Shown here piece by piece: positions 51,097 through 60,575 of a stretch of DNA of 64,000 nt (position 1 is its first letter; every line of letters starts with the position of its first letter). Position numbers and translations under genes: made by a program. This DNA is from Candidatus Kapaibacterium sp. (GTDB lineage: Bacteria > Bacteroidota > Ignavibacteria > Kapaibacteriales > UBA7675): positions 3,256-67,255 of the forward strand of contig JANQRB010000074.1 of the NCBI GenBank assembly GCA_028284775.1, written 5' to 3'. Under the pieces are notes generated by a model that had not been told where the DNA came from, ran no database searches, and saw only the letters and a list, made by a program, of their open reading frames with translations.

Positions 51097-51132
51097 CTGT
51101 TCTAATTACTGTTTATTCTGTTCTTTTTACTG
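51097..51132 (-). promoter_or_regulatory. Tandem direct repeats CTGTTCTwwTTACTG (21-bp period), probable AraC sites
   Basis: 51097-51111 and 51118-51132, 13/15 identical, upstream of the SDR...AraC operon. Confidence 0.6.
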
Positions 51133-51412
51133 ATATGATACTTTTTGCAAAGAAATGGTGGTAGCTGTCTCGAATTCATATACACATTCGAGAGCCGGCC
51201 TCAACAGACCGAGATTACTCCAGTAGCTCGAATGATTCATGAGTGGACTACATTTCTAGCGTAAAACCACATTCAATTCCGTTGAAGACGAAGCTGACGG
51301 AGCAGCAGACTACATGCAACGTTACGGTTTATCGTAATCGACGACATGTGAGATTCGATGAAAGTAAATAAGAACAAGACCTCACAGGTCTTACATTTTA
51401 AAACTCCTGATT

Positions 51413-52960
51413 CTATCCTGCATCAAGCCCATTCACATGCTTAACATATATTTCCCTAATGCTGCACTTTTGCAGCCGCGCCTCGATCCAGAATAGCGAT
51501 TCATCTAGTCCGGTGGTAAATGCCTTGCTGTTTCGCTGTTTTAACTCTTCGAGAGTTGTTTTCGTATCTCCGAGCAGCCTGGATTTTTCAGTGTCGTTGT
51601 CGGTTCGCAGCAGCATCCGGGCAAATTTCAGAATTGCCTGCTCGAAGTCGAACAAAACCTTACGAGTTTCGAGATAGTAGTTGGCGGACCGACACAGACT
51701 CTCAATCAGCTCAATGTTACCAAGGTCAAAGTGAAGCAATAGCAGGAGCAGGCGGGCGGCAGATTGAAGATCTCGTCGCACATCGGTCTTACCGTATTGC
51801 GTAACTGCATCGAAGCATTGCACGGCCTGTGCAGCATTGTCTGTTACGAAATACAAGATTGCCAGGTTGTAATGAATGGCGATCAATCGCGAACGGTTGA
51901 TATTCAGTGTATTTGCCTGCAGCCAATCGCCAATTTGGGGAGCCAGCGCCAGACCACGATCGAGATTGGCTGTATTCAGACTGTACATCAACTCCAGATG
52001 ATAGATGCTGTGCGTTAGCTCAGTGCTGCTTTCGGGTGATAAGTTGCGCAGCTCGCGTATATCCTCGATGAGCTCGCTGAACTTGTCGAATTGGCGTAAG
52101 TGAATACATGTGTTTACAAAATTGCCGGAAACGATTATATACTGCCGAACCTCTTCCTTTAGTCGATGCGGATTGGATTTAAGCAAATTGATAGATTCGA
52201 GCCAATGATCATATGCTTTTTGCACATCGCCCCTGGACTTGCCGATCAAGGCGTGAATCGCATGATATTGAAGCTTCGCGGTTAAAGACAAGGCATTCGC
52301 AGCCGAGTCAAGCAATTTGTTTTTGGACAGGCCTTCCAATTCACTTTGAATAGCCGGGCTGCGCTCTGAAAAATTGCTGCGCGCCACGACGTGCACCAGG
52401 TCGTACAAATTCTGAATCTGTAATTTATTAACAAAACGACTTGCGGTGTCATCGCTTTGCGCAATGATGTCTTGAATCTGTTGCTTAACGTTGTTCGTTT
52501 TATTAATCTGAATCTGGCTGCGCAAGAGATCCTGGATTCGAAAAAGGATCAGAAAGTCTTCGTGCGCGTGGGCCAATGCTTCGGCCTTTGTCAACACCTT
52601 GGCGGCCTGTTCATACAGCTTTTTCTCCGTCAGAAAATCCGCATCCTCGATCATATCTATGAGACGTCGGGAAACGCTTTTCTCCGAGCGAAAGGCTCTC
52701 ATGCTTTGCAAAATGAGGCGATGTAGGCGGAGCTTTTCCGACGAGAGATGCTCAATGAATCTTTCGCCCTGATGTTTGCGTCGTAGATAACTCTTTAGTA
52801 GTTCCTCATCGTATTGCTCCATTCGGTTGATTGCGTCGAACAGGTGTACATAGTTGTTCCGTTCGCCAATAACATGTTTGGAAGAAAACACTTTGAAATA
52901 GCGCTTTTCGGCCGGCGTGAGAGACTTGACTAACTGAAACAACTCGTCGGAACTGCGCAT
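51413..52960 (-). CDS. ~515-aa all-helical/TPR-like protein, putative regulator (paralog of 33426..34967)
   Basis: 'LFQLVKSLTPAEKRYFK...NNYVHLFDAI', 'LFWIEAR'. Confidence 0.7.
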   Translation of the reverse strand: MRSSDELFQLVKSLTPAEKRYFKVFSSKHVIGERNNYVHLFDAINRMEQYDEELLKSYLRRKHQGERFIEHLSSEKLRLHRLILQSMRAFRSEKSVSRRLIDMIEDADFLTEKKLYEQAAKVLTKAEALAHAHEDFLILFRIQDLLRSQIQINKTNNVKQQIQDIIAQSDDTASRFVNKLQIQNLYDLVHVVARSNFSERSPAIQSELEGLSKNKLLDSAANALSLTAKLQYHAIHALIGKSRGDVQKAYDHWLESINLLKSNPHRLKEEVRQYIIVSGNFVNTCIHLRQFDKFSELIEDIRELRNLSPESSTELTHSIYHLELMYSLNTANLDRGLALAPQIGDWLQANTLNINRSRLIAIHYNLAILYFVTDNAAQAVQCFDAVTQYGKTDVRRDLQSAARLLLLLLHFDLGNIELIESLCRSANYYLETRKVLFDFEQAILKFARMLLRTDNDTEKSRLLGDTKTTLEELKQRNSKAFTTGLDESLFWIEARLQKCSIREIYVKHVNGLDAG

Positions 52961-53335
52961 GACCTGCAATGACTACATGTAAGTGGATAGAGATTTACCG
53001 AGCAGTTTTTCATCGACGACAAATAAGGAAATAGGCGGCAATCCACAAAATTACGCTCGATTCCAATTGTAACTTTTCGCCGAAAATTACCATTTATCGC
53101 CGTTTTTTCAATCTTTCTCGTCCTACTCCACAATTCAATCAGGAAGCGGCGTGCCTGAGGTCGCGGCCCGCGGCACACTGGCATTCAGCAGGGGAATTTT
53201 GGCCTTAGACATACAGGATTGGCAGGTTTTTTGGTTTGTCATCGCCTGGCATCACATAGCATATTTGCCGTTGAAAATCGGCCTACGTCGCTCGCGAGAT
53301 TTGGAACAAACTGTCAGAATGACGACTAGTGGAGC

Positions 53336-53659
53336 GTGGCGGTGAGCAGAGATCTGGATATACGCAATTACTTTGAATTGTCAGAGCATAATCCGCAGTT
53401 GCAAGCTGAGATGCTGGTAATCAAACATATCGGAACAGGCGAAGAAGTCTTTTGGCATGACCTGCGAATGAGCCCGGCTGCCTTCAAAATTCAGGATGAC
53501 TACTTCTGTATTGGAAACCTACGACGGCGGCGCTTTCGCCGCCGACTGACAATCGACATTTCCGTAGACGGCAATGGTATTGAGTTCGAGCCGCAGGCGC
53601 AAACAATCTACCTGTTGTTGCGAAAAAAAAAATCTTTCACAGCAGTGTTAAACTGCTGA
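53336..53659 (+). CDS. Hypothetical protein
   Basis: 107-aa ORF with plausible composition ahead of the operon; GTG start, uncertain. Confidence 0.35.
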   Translation: MAVSRDLDIRNYFELSEHNPQLQAEMLVIKHIGTGEEVFWHDLRMSPAAFKIQDDYFCIGNLRRRRFRRRLTIDISVDGNGIEFEPQAQTIYLLLRKKKSFTAVLNC

Positions 53660-53695
53660 ATCTGTTGGATGACGCAGTTGAAATAGCCGTCAAAA
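53653..53695 (+). promoter_or_regulatory. Shared motif CTGyTsAATCTGTTGG-N20-GTCAAAA (copy 2)
   Basis: Matches 35239-35281; about 60 bp before ATG 53755. Confidence 0.55.
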
Positions 53696-53754
53696 AATAT
53701 CCGAAATTCAAGATACGATTTTAAACAGTCAAACTTCTTACACAGGAGCGCTGC

Positions 53755-54252
53755 ATGGCAACGACAATCAATCTTCCCGCTTCCTTTAGTCTTTCAGATT
53801 ATACCGTCCATCTCGAGGAAAACGCGAAAGTGATACTCAGAACTTGCAGTGGAGGTAGCTGGGAAGTGTACGAATATGATATTGTTAACTCCGGTCCGGT
53901 AAGGGTTGCCGTCACTAACAACGAGTTTACAATGGATTCGGAGTCCATAGGTTCATCGCCGGAAGAAATCGAACTGAAAATTTACAACTCGGGCGGCGCC
54001 GGCGCAATCTTCCTCTTGAATTCAGATGCAAACGCGAATACAGTCGAGCTGATCGGCACCGATGATTGGCGCTACCTCTGCAACCTGGCGCCCGTCGTCG
54101 ATGCGCGCGAGCATCATCGCTTCAGTCTAAATGACGTACCTGTCGTATTGGAACGGCGTCAGATCAGCGGGAAGGATCACCTGGTTCTGATCTATAACTC
54201 AAGTGGCAGCGGCGGTACGACCGAATACATTTCGCTGATTGAAATAACTTAA
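53755..54252 (+). CDS. Hypothetical cytoplasmic beta-rich protein
   Basis: AGGAG RBS, no signal peptide, internal repeat 'LxIYNS.G.G'. Confidence 0.75.
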   Translation: MATTINLPASFSLSDYTVHLEENAKVILRTCSGGSWEVYEYDIVNSGPVRVAVTNNEFTMDSESIGSSPEEIELKIYNSGGAGAIFLLNSDANANTVELIGTDDWRYLCNLAPVVDAREHHRFSLNDVPVVLERRQISGKDHLVLIYNSSGSGGTTEYISLIEIT

Positions 54253-54281
54253 GAATCTTCCATAAAACTGAGCGAGCACCG

Positions 54282-55580
54282 ATGCACAACAGACGATTCA
54301 GAGCGGTTTCAAGCGTCTACGGCAAAATCGAGCACATTCTATTTGCCTACCCGGGCAATGATCGGGATCGCGTGAATTTGCGACGCTTATACGAGGAAGC
54401 GTATTCCAAGCTGCCGAAGAGTGTACAGTTTTTTGTTTTTGCCCTTTTCGGCAGTGAAAATGACTTTGAATACGGACTCGATAAGTTTATCGAGTCGACG
54501 CGAGACTATTTTGACCGTATTATTCCCGGCTCGATGCCCAGCGAGCGGCTGCAAACCGTTATCCTGGGCTCCCATGAGGAGCTGCGCGGGCGTACCCATG
54601 AATGGGTGCAGGATCTTAACTATGTTTTGGAAAGCAGTAACGGCGTAGCGGCTTTTTTGCAGCAGGTTCATTTTCGGCACGAAAAGAACTTCGGTTACAG
54701 CAACTCGCAGATAGCTGAAGTCATTGCGTCCGAGACCGATTTTCTCCTCAAGCCCTTTCCTTATCTCATCGTGGGCGGCAACATTCTAGTCGGCAACACC
54801 TACATGATCGTCGCGCGCGATTTGTTAAACCGCAATGCGCAGGAATTTCAACGAACTGAGGAAGAAATCACGGAAGCCTTCCGATGCGGTTTTGGAATCG
54901 AAGATGTGATCTGGCTGGATGTCGGCGATGTTGATGGACAAAACAACCTGGGACATCTTGACTTTATCATGAATCTGGGCGGTAAGATCTATGAAGATTA
55001 TACATGGAAAGAGCTGGTAATGCTCGCTGAAATCACGGAGGATAGTTTAAGCGGCGGCGCAGCGATCAATGATCCGGACATTCAAAAATATATTCGCACC
55101 CTTGACCGAATAGCCTTTTATCTTGAGAGCTACAATCATGACGGTCTTCGCTTTAAGGTCGAGCGGGTTCCCCTGATCGTTCATAACAGGCCCGGCAGAG
55201 CCAATCCATACATCTTCCGTTCCTACAACAACTGCCTGGTGGAAGTTTACGATCGCTTCAAAAACGCCTACCTGCCGCGCTATTACCAGGCGGATGGCGC
55301 CGGAGGCAATCGCTTTGATGAGCTCGAATCATCGATACAGCGACTCTACAGCCGTTATGGCTTCACCATCCATTTTCTCGAAGGCAATTTCGATGCCCTC
55401 AGCGACAATCGAGGCTCCTTCCGCTGCATCTCCAAGGTGCTGCGGCGCAGCAGTGCCGACAGCCGCAACTGGAACATCGATTTCAGCCACAATGTGCTGG
55501 AATACAATGGCAACGACCGCGGAATGGCACAGCAGTATGTGGACATTATAAAGGAAGTGTTGGAGCACAAGTTACGCTAA
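54282..55580 (+). CDS. Amidinotransferase/pentein-fold deiminase (agmatine/peptidyl-arginine deiminase-like)
   Basis: Catalytic set intact: 'WVQD', 'GGN', 'GHLD', 'YNN', 'GSFRC'. Confidence 0.75.
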   Translation: MHNRRFRAVSSVYGKIEHILFAYPGNDRDRVNLRRLYEEAYSKLPKSVQFFVFALFGSENDFEYGLDKFIESTRDYFDRIIPGSMPSERLQTVILGSHEELRGRTHEWVQDLNYVLESSNGVAAFLQQVHFRHEKNFGYSNSQIAEVIASETDFLLKPFPYLIVGGNILVGNTYMIVARDLLNRNAQEFQRTEEEITEAFRCGFGIEDVIWLDVGDVDGQNNLGHLDFIMNLGGKIYEDYTWKELVMLAEITEDSLSGGAAINDPDIQKYIRTLDRIAFYLESYNHDGLRFKVERVPLIVHNRPGRANPYIFRSYNNCLVEVYDRFKNAYLPRYYQADGAGGNRFDELESSIQRLYSRYGFTIHFLEGNFDALSDNRGSFRCISKVLRRSSADSRNWNIDFSHNVLEYNGNDRGMAQQYVDIIKEVLEHKLR

Positions 55581-55665
55581 GCACGGCACTCGCTATGAGC
55601 TGCTTGAGTAATTAAGAATTCAAAGGGCAAATTTCTTTAACATTCAATAATCAGTAGGCTGCATT

Positions 55666-57189
55666 ATGTCGAAAAAAATGTATGGCGAGCTCCATGTAGA
55701 GAAGATGAGTGAATCGCGGCGCAAATCGCGTGTATGTTTAATATATACCGGCGGTACGATCGGCATGGTCGAGTCCGACTCGAGTGTGAGCGGCAGTCCG
55801 CGCCTGCGTCCGGCAACCCTGGTCGAATTGATGAAGGCAGTGCCGAAGCTCGGCAAAAAAGAAGGGATCGAGCTGGGAATGGTTTCGTTTACCAGGCCGG
55901 TCGATTCGTCGGATGTCCTGGCGAAACACTGGATCGAAATCGGCAAGGCAATCGAAGAACACTACGAAGAGTTTGACGGATTCGTTGTTTTGCACGGCAC
56001 GGACACAATGGCCTTTACAGCTTCCGGCCTGTCGTTCATCCTCAATAACCTCGACAAACCAGTCGTTATCACCGGCTCGCAATTGCCGATCGCTCATCCC
56101 CGTACCGATGCGTTGGCTAATCTCACTTCGGCAATCTACATTGCCGGTCATGAAGCGGTTGGCTTGCCTCTCATCCCCGAGGTTGTCCTGTGTTTTGCCG
56201 ACTTGATTCTGCGCGGTAACCGGGCGACGAAGGTTTCTTCAGCTCAGTGGCAGGGCTTTGAGAGTCCGAATTTTCCGCCGCTGGGCAGAATCGGCGAGCA
56301 TATCAAGATCCGGAAAGACCTCTGCATGTCTCCCAACAGAAGAAAGTTTTTCGTTGATAAAACCCTCGCCGGTGATGTTAAGGTTATTCCCGTCAACCCC
56401 GGAACAACGCCTCAACAGTTGGAACGCGATCTTAAGACGACCGGGATCGACGGCGTCATCCTGCAGACCTATGGCACCGGCAATATGCAGACTTCGCCCG
56501 AGTTCATTGAAACCATCTGGGAGGCCGCCAAGGGGGGAGAAGACTATGACAGGCGAATTCCGATCTTAAATGTCACGCAGTGCCTGGAAGGCACGGTAGA
56601 AATGGGCCTGTATGAAGCCAGCAGCGGCCTGCTGGAAGCCGGCGTCATCAGTGGTCTCGACTTAACACACGAGGCGGCTTACGGCAAAATCGTCTGGGCA
56701 ATCGCAAAGTTCAAGGATAGTGAAAACCTGCGCAACCAGCTTCAGTTCAACCAGCGCGGCGAGCAGAGTGAAAACCTGCATGAGTTAAGTTGGCGACCGG
56801 AAGAAAGCACCCAGGCAGGGGCCGGCGATCATATTTTTGCGAGCGGCAAAAACATTCCGGGTGGCTTTGTAAGTGAAGACTTGAAGTCAGCGCATATTCG
56901 AATTCAAAAACTCAAAGTAGAGATCCTGGACAAGAGCAAAGCTCATAGTGTTCGAATCTTTATCAATAACCCCAATGCAGACGAGGAATCCAGCATCAAC
57001 GAAGTCAATGCGGTCTGTGAGTTCGTAGAAGGCGAATTGTCTGAGTTGGGAAACATTGTTCGTGATGCAACAAAAGTAGCCGAGACGGTAATCAACGCCA
57101 ATAATCCTGTCTCCGTCAAGCTCGTAGCCGTTAATGCGAAAATCTACTGCCGGTCAATAATTCTCAGCCTTTATACGGCAGCGAATTGA
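55666..57189 (+). CDS. ansA: Type I (cytoplasmic) L-asparaginase with ~130-aa C-terminal extension
   Basis: 'YTGGTIGM', 'DSS', 'HGTDTM', 'TGSQLP', 'RGNRATK'. Confidence 0.85.
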   Translation: MSKKMYGELHVEKMSESRRKSRVCLIYTGGTIGMVESDSSVSGSPRLRPATLVELMKAVPKLGKKEGIELGMVSFTRPVDSSDVLAKHWIEIGKAIEEHYEEFDGFVVLHGTDTMAFTASGLSFILNNLDKPVVITGSQLPIAHPRTDALANLTSAIYIAGHEAVGLPLIPEVVLCFADLILRGNRATKVSSAQWQGFESPNFPPLGRIGEHIKIRKDLCMSPNRRKFFVDKTLAGDVKVIPVNPGTTPQQLERDLKTTGIDGVILQTYGTGNMQTSPEFIETIWEAAKGGEDYDRRIPILNVTQCLEGTVEMGLYEASSGLLEAGVISGLDLTHEAAYGKIVWAIAKFKDSENLRNQLQFNQRGEQSENLHELSWRPEESTQAGAGDHIFASGKNIPGGFVSEDLKSAHIRIQKLKVEILDKSKAHSVRIFINNPNADEESSINEVNAVCEFVEGELSELGNIVRDATKVAETVINANNPVSVKLVAVNAKIYCRSIILSLYTAAN

Positions 57190-57238
57190 AATTCAATCCG
57201 GCTCTGACATTAACTGACGACTATTCAGGAACATCGCA

Positions 57239-58453
57239 ATGAACTTAGAATCTTCAGTTGCACTGCAAGCCAATTTCAAGCAGATTCGCGCGCTGTATAG
57301 TGGCGAAGCATACCAACCGGCGGCCCGGGAGGCAGGCAGTCTGCTGAAAGAGCTGCTGGCATACATCTTCAAAAGCAAATATTTTGACAATCTCAACAGC
57401 ACGGAACAGAGGGATGTACTGGACGCTCTGAAGAATATTCCCGACCTTCCCAATAGCTTTAAAGACTACAACCTCAAGCAGTTTTCGCAGGTATTCGGGA
57501 AAACAAACTGTCAGAGCGAGGTCACAACTACGGAGTTATCAAGACTCCTGGTCGGTTCCTTCGATTTGGAATCAATGGCGGATTTGGTGGCCTACTGTCA
57601 AAAATCATTAGGGGACATCAACCCGAAACTCTTGCGAATCGCTATTCAGCAGATTATTCAGCTCACGACGATTTTTTCATACCTGACTGATACAATCAGC
57701 TTAACGGAAAGAGACTACCTGGACGGAGAAAGCGATCAATCCAGCGACACTTCATTTGAAAACCTCGAGCGATCCGGCTTTAAGCAGACTTTCTTTCTCT
57801 ACAATGAAGAGCGAGGCTTATTGCTTAACAGGGCCGATCGCACACGCAACATCGCCTTTAAGGTCGAAACCTTTTACAATCTGCTTACGACGATCTACAA
57901 GGCGATAATTAAACAACTTAGCGATTCCGTTCATGGCGAAGATGCCGAGTTAACGGACGAGGCATATAACGGCATGCCGTCGCTGAAAACCGCCCGTAAT
58001 GTGATTATGTTCGCCGGCCTGGATTCCGGCAAGAGATTCGGACGAGCGCTCTTCACGCAGTTGCAGATGGAAGGCGTGCGAATGGACATGAAAGCGCGAA
58101 TAAACAAGTGGTGCGAATTCGATTCGGATGTGGGCTTCGGAAGATTTAACGCCGACCAGATTCATATCGGGGATGACAACCAAATTGAGGGATCCATCGC
58201 GCTCAAAGAAAATTTTCTGACGGTTGGGCGAAACTTTAAATCCCACAATATTTGCTGTTTCATGAAAGGCTATATCAGAGGCGTGCTGCAGGAGCTGGTG
58301 GGAATGCCTCTCGATGTGAGTCACAGACGTCGCCATTGTTCACAATATAATATAGACGAAGATACCTGCGTTTTTCACATCTCAATCGATGAGGACGAAT
58401 ATGCCGAGACGAAAGAAAAACTGAGCAAGATGGATCCCGACGAGGAACTTTAA
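57239..58453 (+). CDS. N-terminal helical (HEPN-like?) domain plus C-terminal V4R domain
   Basis: 'GFGRF', 'ICCFMKGYIRGVL', 'C.......C.F' V4R signature. Confidence 0.7.
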   Translation: MNLESSVALQANFKQIRALYSGEAYQPAAREAGSLLKELLAYIFKSKYFDNLNSTEQRDVLDALKNIPDLPNSFKDYNLKQFSQVFGKTNCQSEVTTTELSRLLVGSFDLESMADLVAYCQKSLGDINPKLLRIAIQQIIQLTTIFSYLTDTISLTERDYLDGESDQSSDTSFENLERSGFKQTFFLYNEERGLLLNRADRTRNIAFKVETFYNLLTTIYKAIIKQLSDSVHGEDAELTDEAYNGMPSLKTARNVIMFAGLDSGKRFGRALFTQLQMEGVRMDMKARINKWCEFDSDVGFGRFNADQIHIGDDNQIEGSIALKENFLTVGRNFKSHNICCFMKGYIRGVLQELVGMPLDVSHRRRHCSQYNIDEDTCVFHISIDEDEYAETKEKLSKMDPDEEL

Positions 58454-58498
58454 AACTCCAAATAGTAACCCTAACGACAAATTTCGATCTCCAGAACT

Positions 58499-59569
58499 AT
58501 GTCACAACCCGATCTAAGAATACGCAAGGCCTGCAAGCGTCTACGCTCGCTTATTACCGATGCTTCGATCTATACCGGCAAAGCGAATGCGATTACAATT
58601 CTTAACTCCATAGAAAACGGGAGTATTGACCGCTTCTTTGAGCTCAAAAAGTTAATAGGCGAATTCCCCCTACAAATTCGAGGAAAGCTGTTTCATGCAC
58701 TCGCGCAGCTCGAACAGGCAATCAAAGCTCTTGATCGCATCCCCGGCCAACCGGTAGATGTTGTCATTCTCACGGCTTATAAGACTCCGGAGTTAGACGC
58801 CGTCCTGGAATTGCCGCATGGCAACAATGTCTGGACACAATTCAAATTTCCACACGAGCCGCTGACCTGGTTTCACGCCGAAATTCCAGGTCCCGAGAGA
58901 CCGCTCAGAGTTGTAGCCGGATCGCCCGACAGAACCGGAATGCCTTTAACGGCAACTCTGACAACTATGGCGCTCTTACGATGGGAACCGCGCCTCATTG
59001 TAATGTGCGGCAGCGCCGCCGGCTCCGAGACCTTCACAAATCTTGGAGACATCCTGATTCCCGAGCGAATCTTTGTGCACGATGCCGGCATACTTGTAGC
59101 GGATGAAGATACGCAACTGGAAAAATTACATTCCGACAGATGGACGGTCGATATCAGCTCAGCGCTGCTGAATGACATTAAATTTAACAAAGACATGTAC
59201 TTCGAAGGGTTGCAGACAGTGTTGCAAGAAGCGTTGACAGTGCGTGCAAGCTCTAAAGAGGCACGGTCCAAAATCGACATTCATATAGGTCCGCTCGCTA
59301 CCGGCAACACCGTCATCAATTCCGAGCGTTACATGAAAGAACTTCATGAAAAGGAACGCAAACTCATTGGCCTTGAAATGGAAGGTTACGCCCTGCTGGC
59401 AGCCATTAGAGCCGTGCGTCCAGAATCAACGAAGGGCTTGATTGTAAAATCCGTTTCCGATTTTGGCGCGCGCATAACTTTTGGCTTCCGCCAGTGCGCC
59501 TCCAAGATCAGCGCCCGCTTCGTCTTCAATTTCATCAAAAACAGCAGCGTGATCGACTGGGACGCCTGA
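58499..59569 (+). CDS. Nucleoside phosphorylase/nucleosidase (PNP_UDP_1) with extra N-terminal helical domain
   Basis: 'DVVILTA...ELDAV', 'MCGSAAG', 'LGDILI', 'GPLATG', 'LEMEGYA', 'KSVSDF'. Confidence 0.85.
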   Translation: MSQPDLRIRKACKRLRSLITDASIYTGKANAITILNSIENGSIDRFFELKKLIGEFPLQIRGKLFHALAQLEQAIKALDRIPGQPVDVVILTAYKTPELDAVLELPHGNNVWTQFKFPHEPLTWFHAEIPGPERPLRVVAGSPDRTGMPLTATLTTMALLRWEPRLIVMCGSAAGSETFTNLGDILIPERIFVHDAGILVADEDTQLEKLHSDRWTVDISSALLNDIKFNKDMYFEGLQTVLQEALTVRASSKEARSKIDIHIGPLATGNTVINSERYMKELHEKERKLIGLEMEGYALLAAIRAVRPESTKGLIVKSVSDFGARITFGFRQCASKISARFVFNFIKNSSVIDWDA

Positions 59570-59699
59570 CAGCCTTTGCCGGTGCATTCCTTATACATCC
59601 GCTGTTCTGAGACCAAACAGAGGGTAGGAGAGTCTTTGCTTGCCGGATGCAAGGCTCTTTCGTAATATCGCAGCAAACCAGCAGGGCGGGCAGACAATT

Positions 59700-60575
59700 A
59701 TGAGGCACACTTCAATTACGTATTACGTTGGCATCAGAACTATTCGCAATAGCTCGCATCAGCATCTTCTGTTGTCTATCGTCCTTCCAATTGCCATTAT
59801 GCTGTTCAGCGCCGGCCAGCTCTGCGGACATCTGATGCCGAAAAAACGGCCGCCCGAGTTCGCAATCGCCCTCAATGTCGGCTCCTTCCTCGCTTTCCAT
59901 TCCAGCGACCTGACTGATCCGTCCGTGGTCGGCGCCGCAAATTTCGAAAGCTTTCGGGCCCTGAACGGCTCGGCCACCGGTAGCAATTTCTACCTCGGCT
60001 TACAGGCGGAATGGACGCCGCGCAAAGGACTCGCCATCTTTCGCGGACTAAGCGCAGGTCTGAGTTATGTCGATGCAAGTGCCGAGTTTTTGAATCGGGA
60101 ACAGTTTTTTAGCGCTGCCGACGGTCAAAGCGAGTTTGTCGATCAGGATGTCTATGCCGATCTCAGCTATACCGCCCTGATGATGGACATTCTGGCCTAC
60201 TTGAATGTTCCGGGAACTGCACTCGACTTTCCGCTTGGCGCGGCCTTCGCCCTGCCGCTGACCAGTAGAGTCCAGCAGAGATGGGACCGCGCGCCCTTCG
60301 GCGGCAATTTCAGCGATCCGGCCGATGCCTTGCGAGAAGCCGGCTATCGATTCAACGACGATCAGTCGGTCATCTTTTTTCCGGAACGGGAACTGCCCGA
60401 GAAAGCCGCTCTGCTCGTGTTTATCAAGGCCGGCCTAAGCTATCGTCTCAAGATTGAGAAACTGGAACTCAGACCGGTAGTATTAGCCGGATTGCCGCTG
60501 AATAATATCAGTACTTTACTTGACGCGGACTTCTGGTCGCTGCAGGGGGGAGTAAACGTCGTCTATCCACTGTGA
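59700..60575 (+). CDS. Outer-membrane beta-barrel-like protein
   Basis: Signal-like hydrophobic stretch, amphipathic strands, C-terminal 'GGVNVVYPL'. Start uncertain. Confidence 0.55.
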   Translation: MRHTSITYYVGIRTIRNSSHQHLLLSIVLPIAIMLFSAGQLCGHLMPKKRPPEFAIALNVGSFLAFHSSDLTDPSVVGAANFESFRALNGSATGSNFYLGLQAEWTPRKGLAIFRGLSAGLSYVDASAEFLNREQFFSAADGQSEFVDQDVYADLSYTALMMDILAYLNVPGTALDFPLGAAFALPLTSRVQQRWDRAPFGGNFSDPADALREAGYRFNDDQSVIFFPERELPEKAALLVFIKAGLSYRLKIEKLELRPVVLAGLPLNNISTLLDADFWSLQGGVNVVYPL

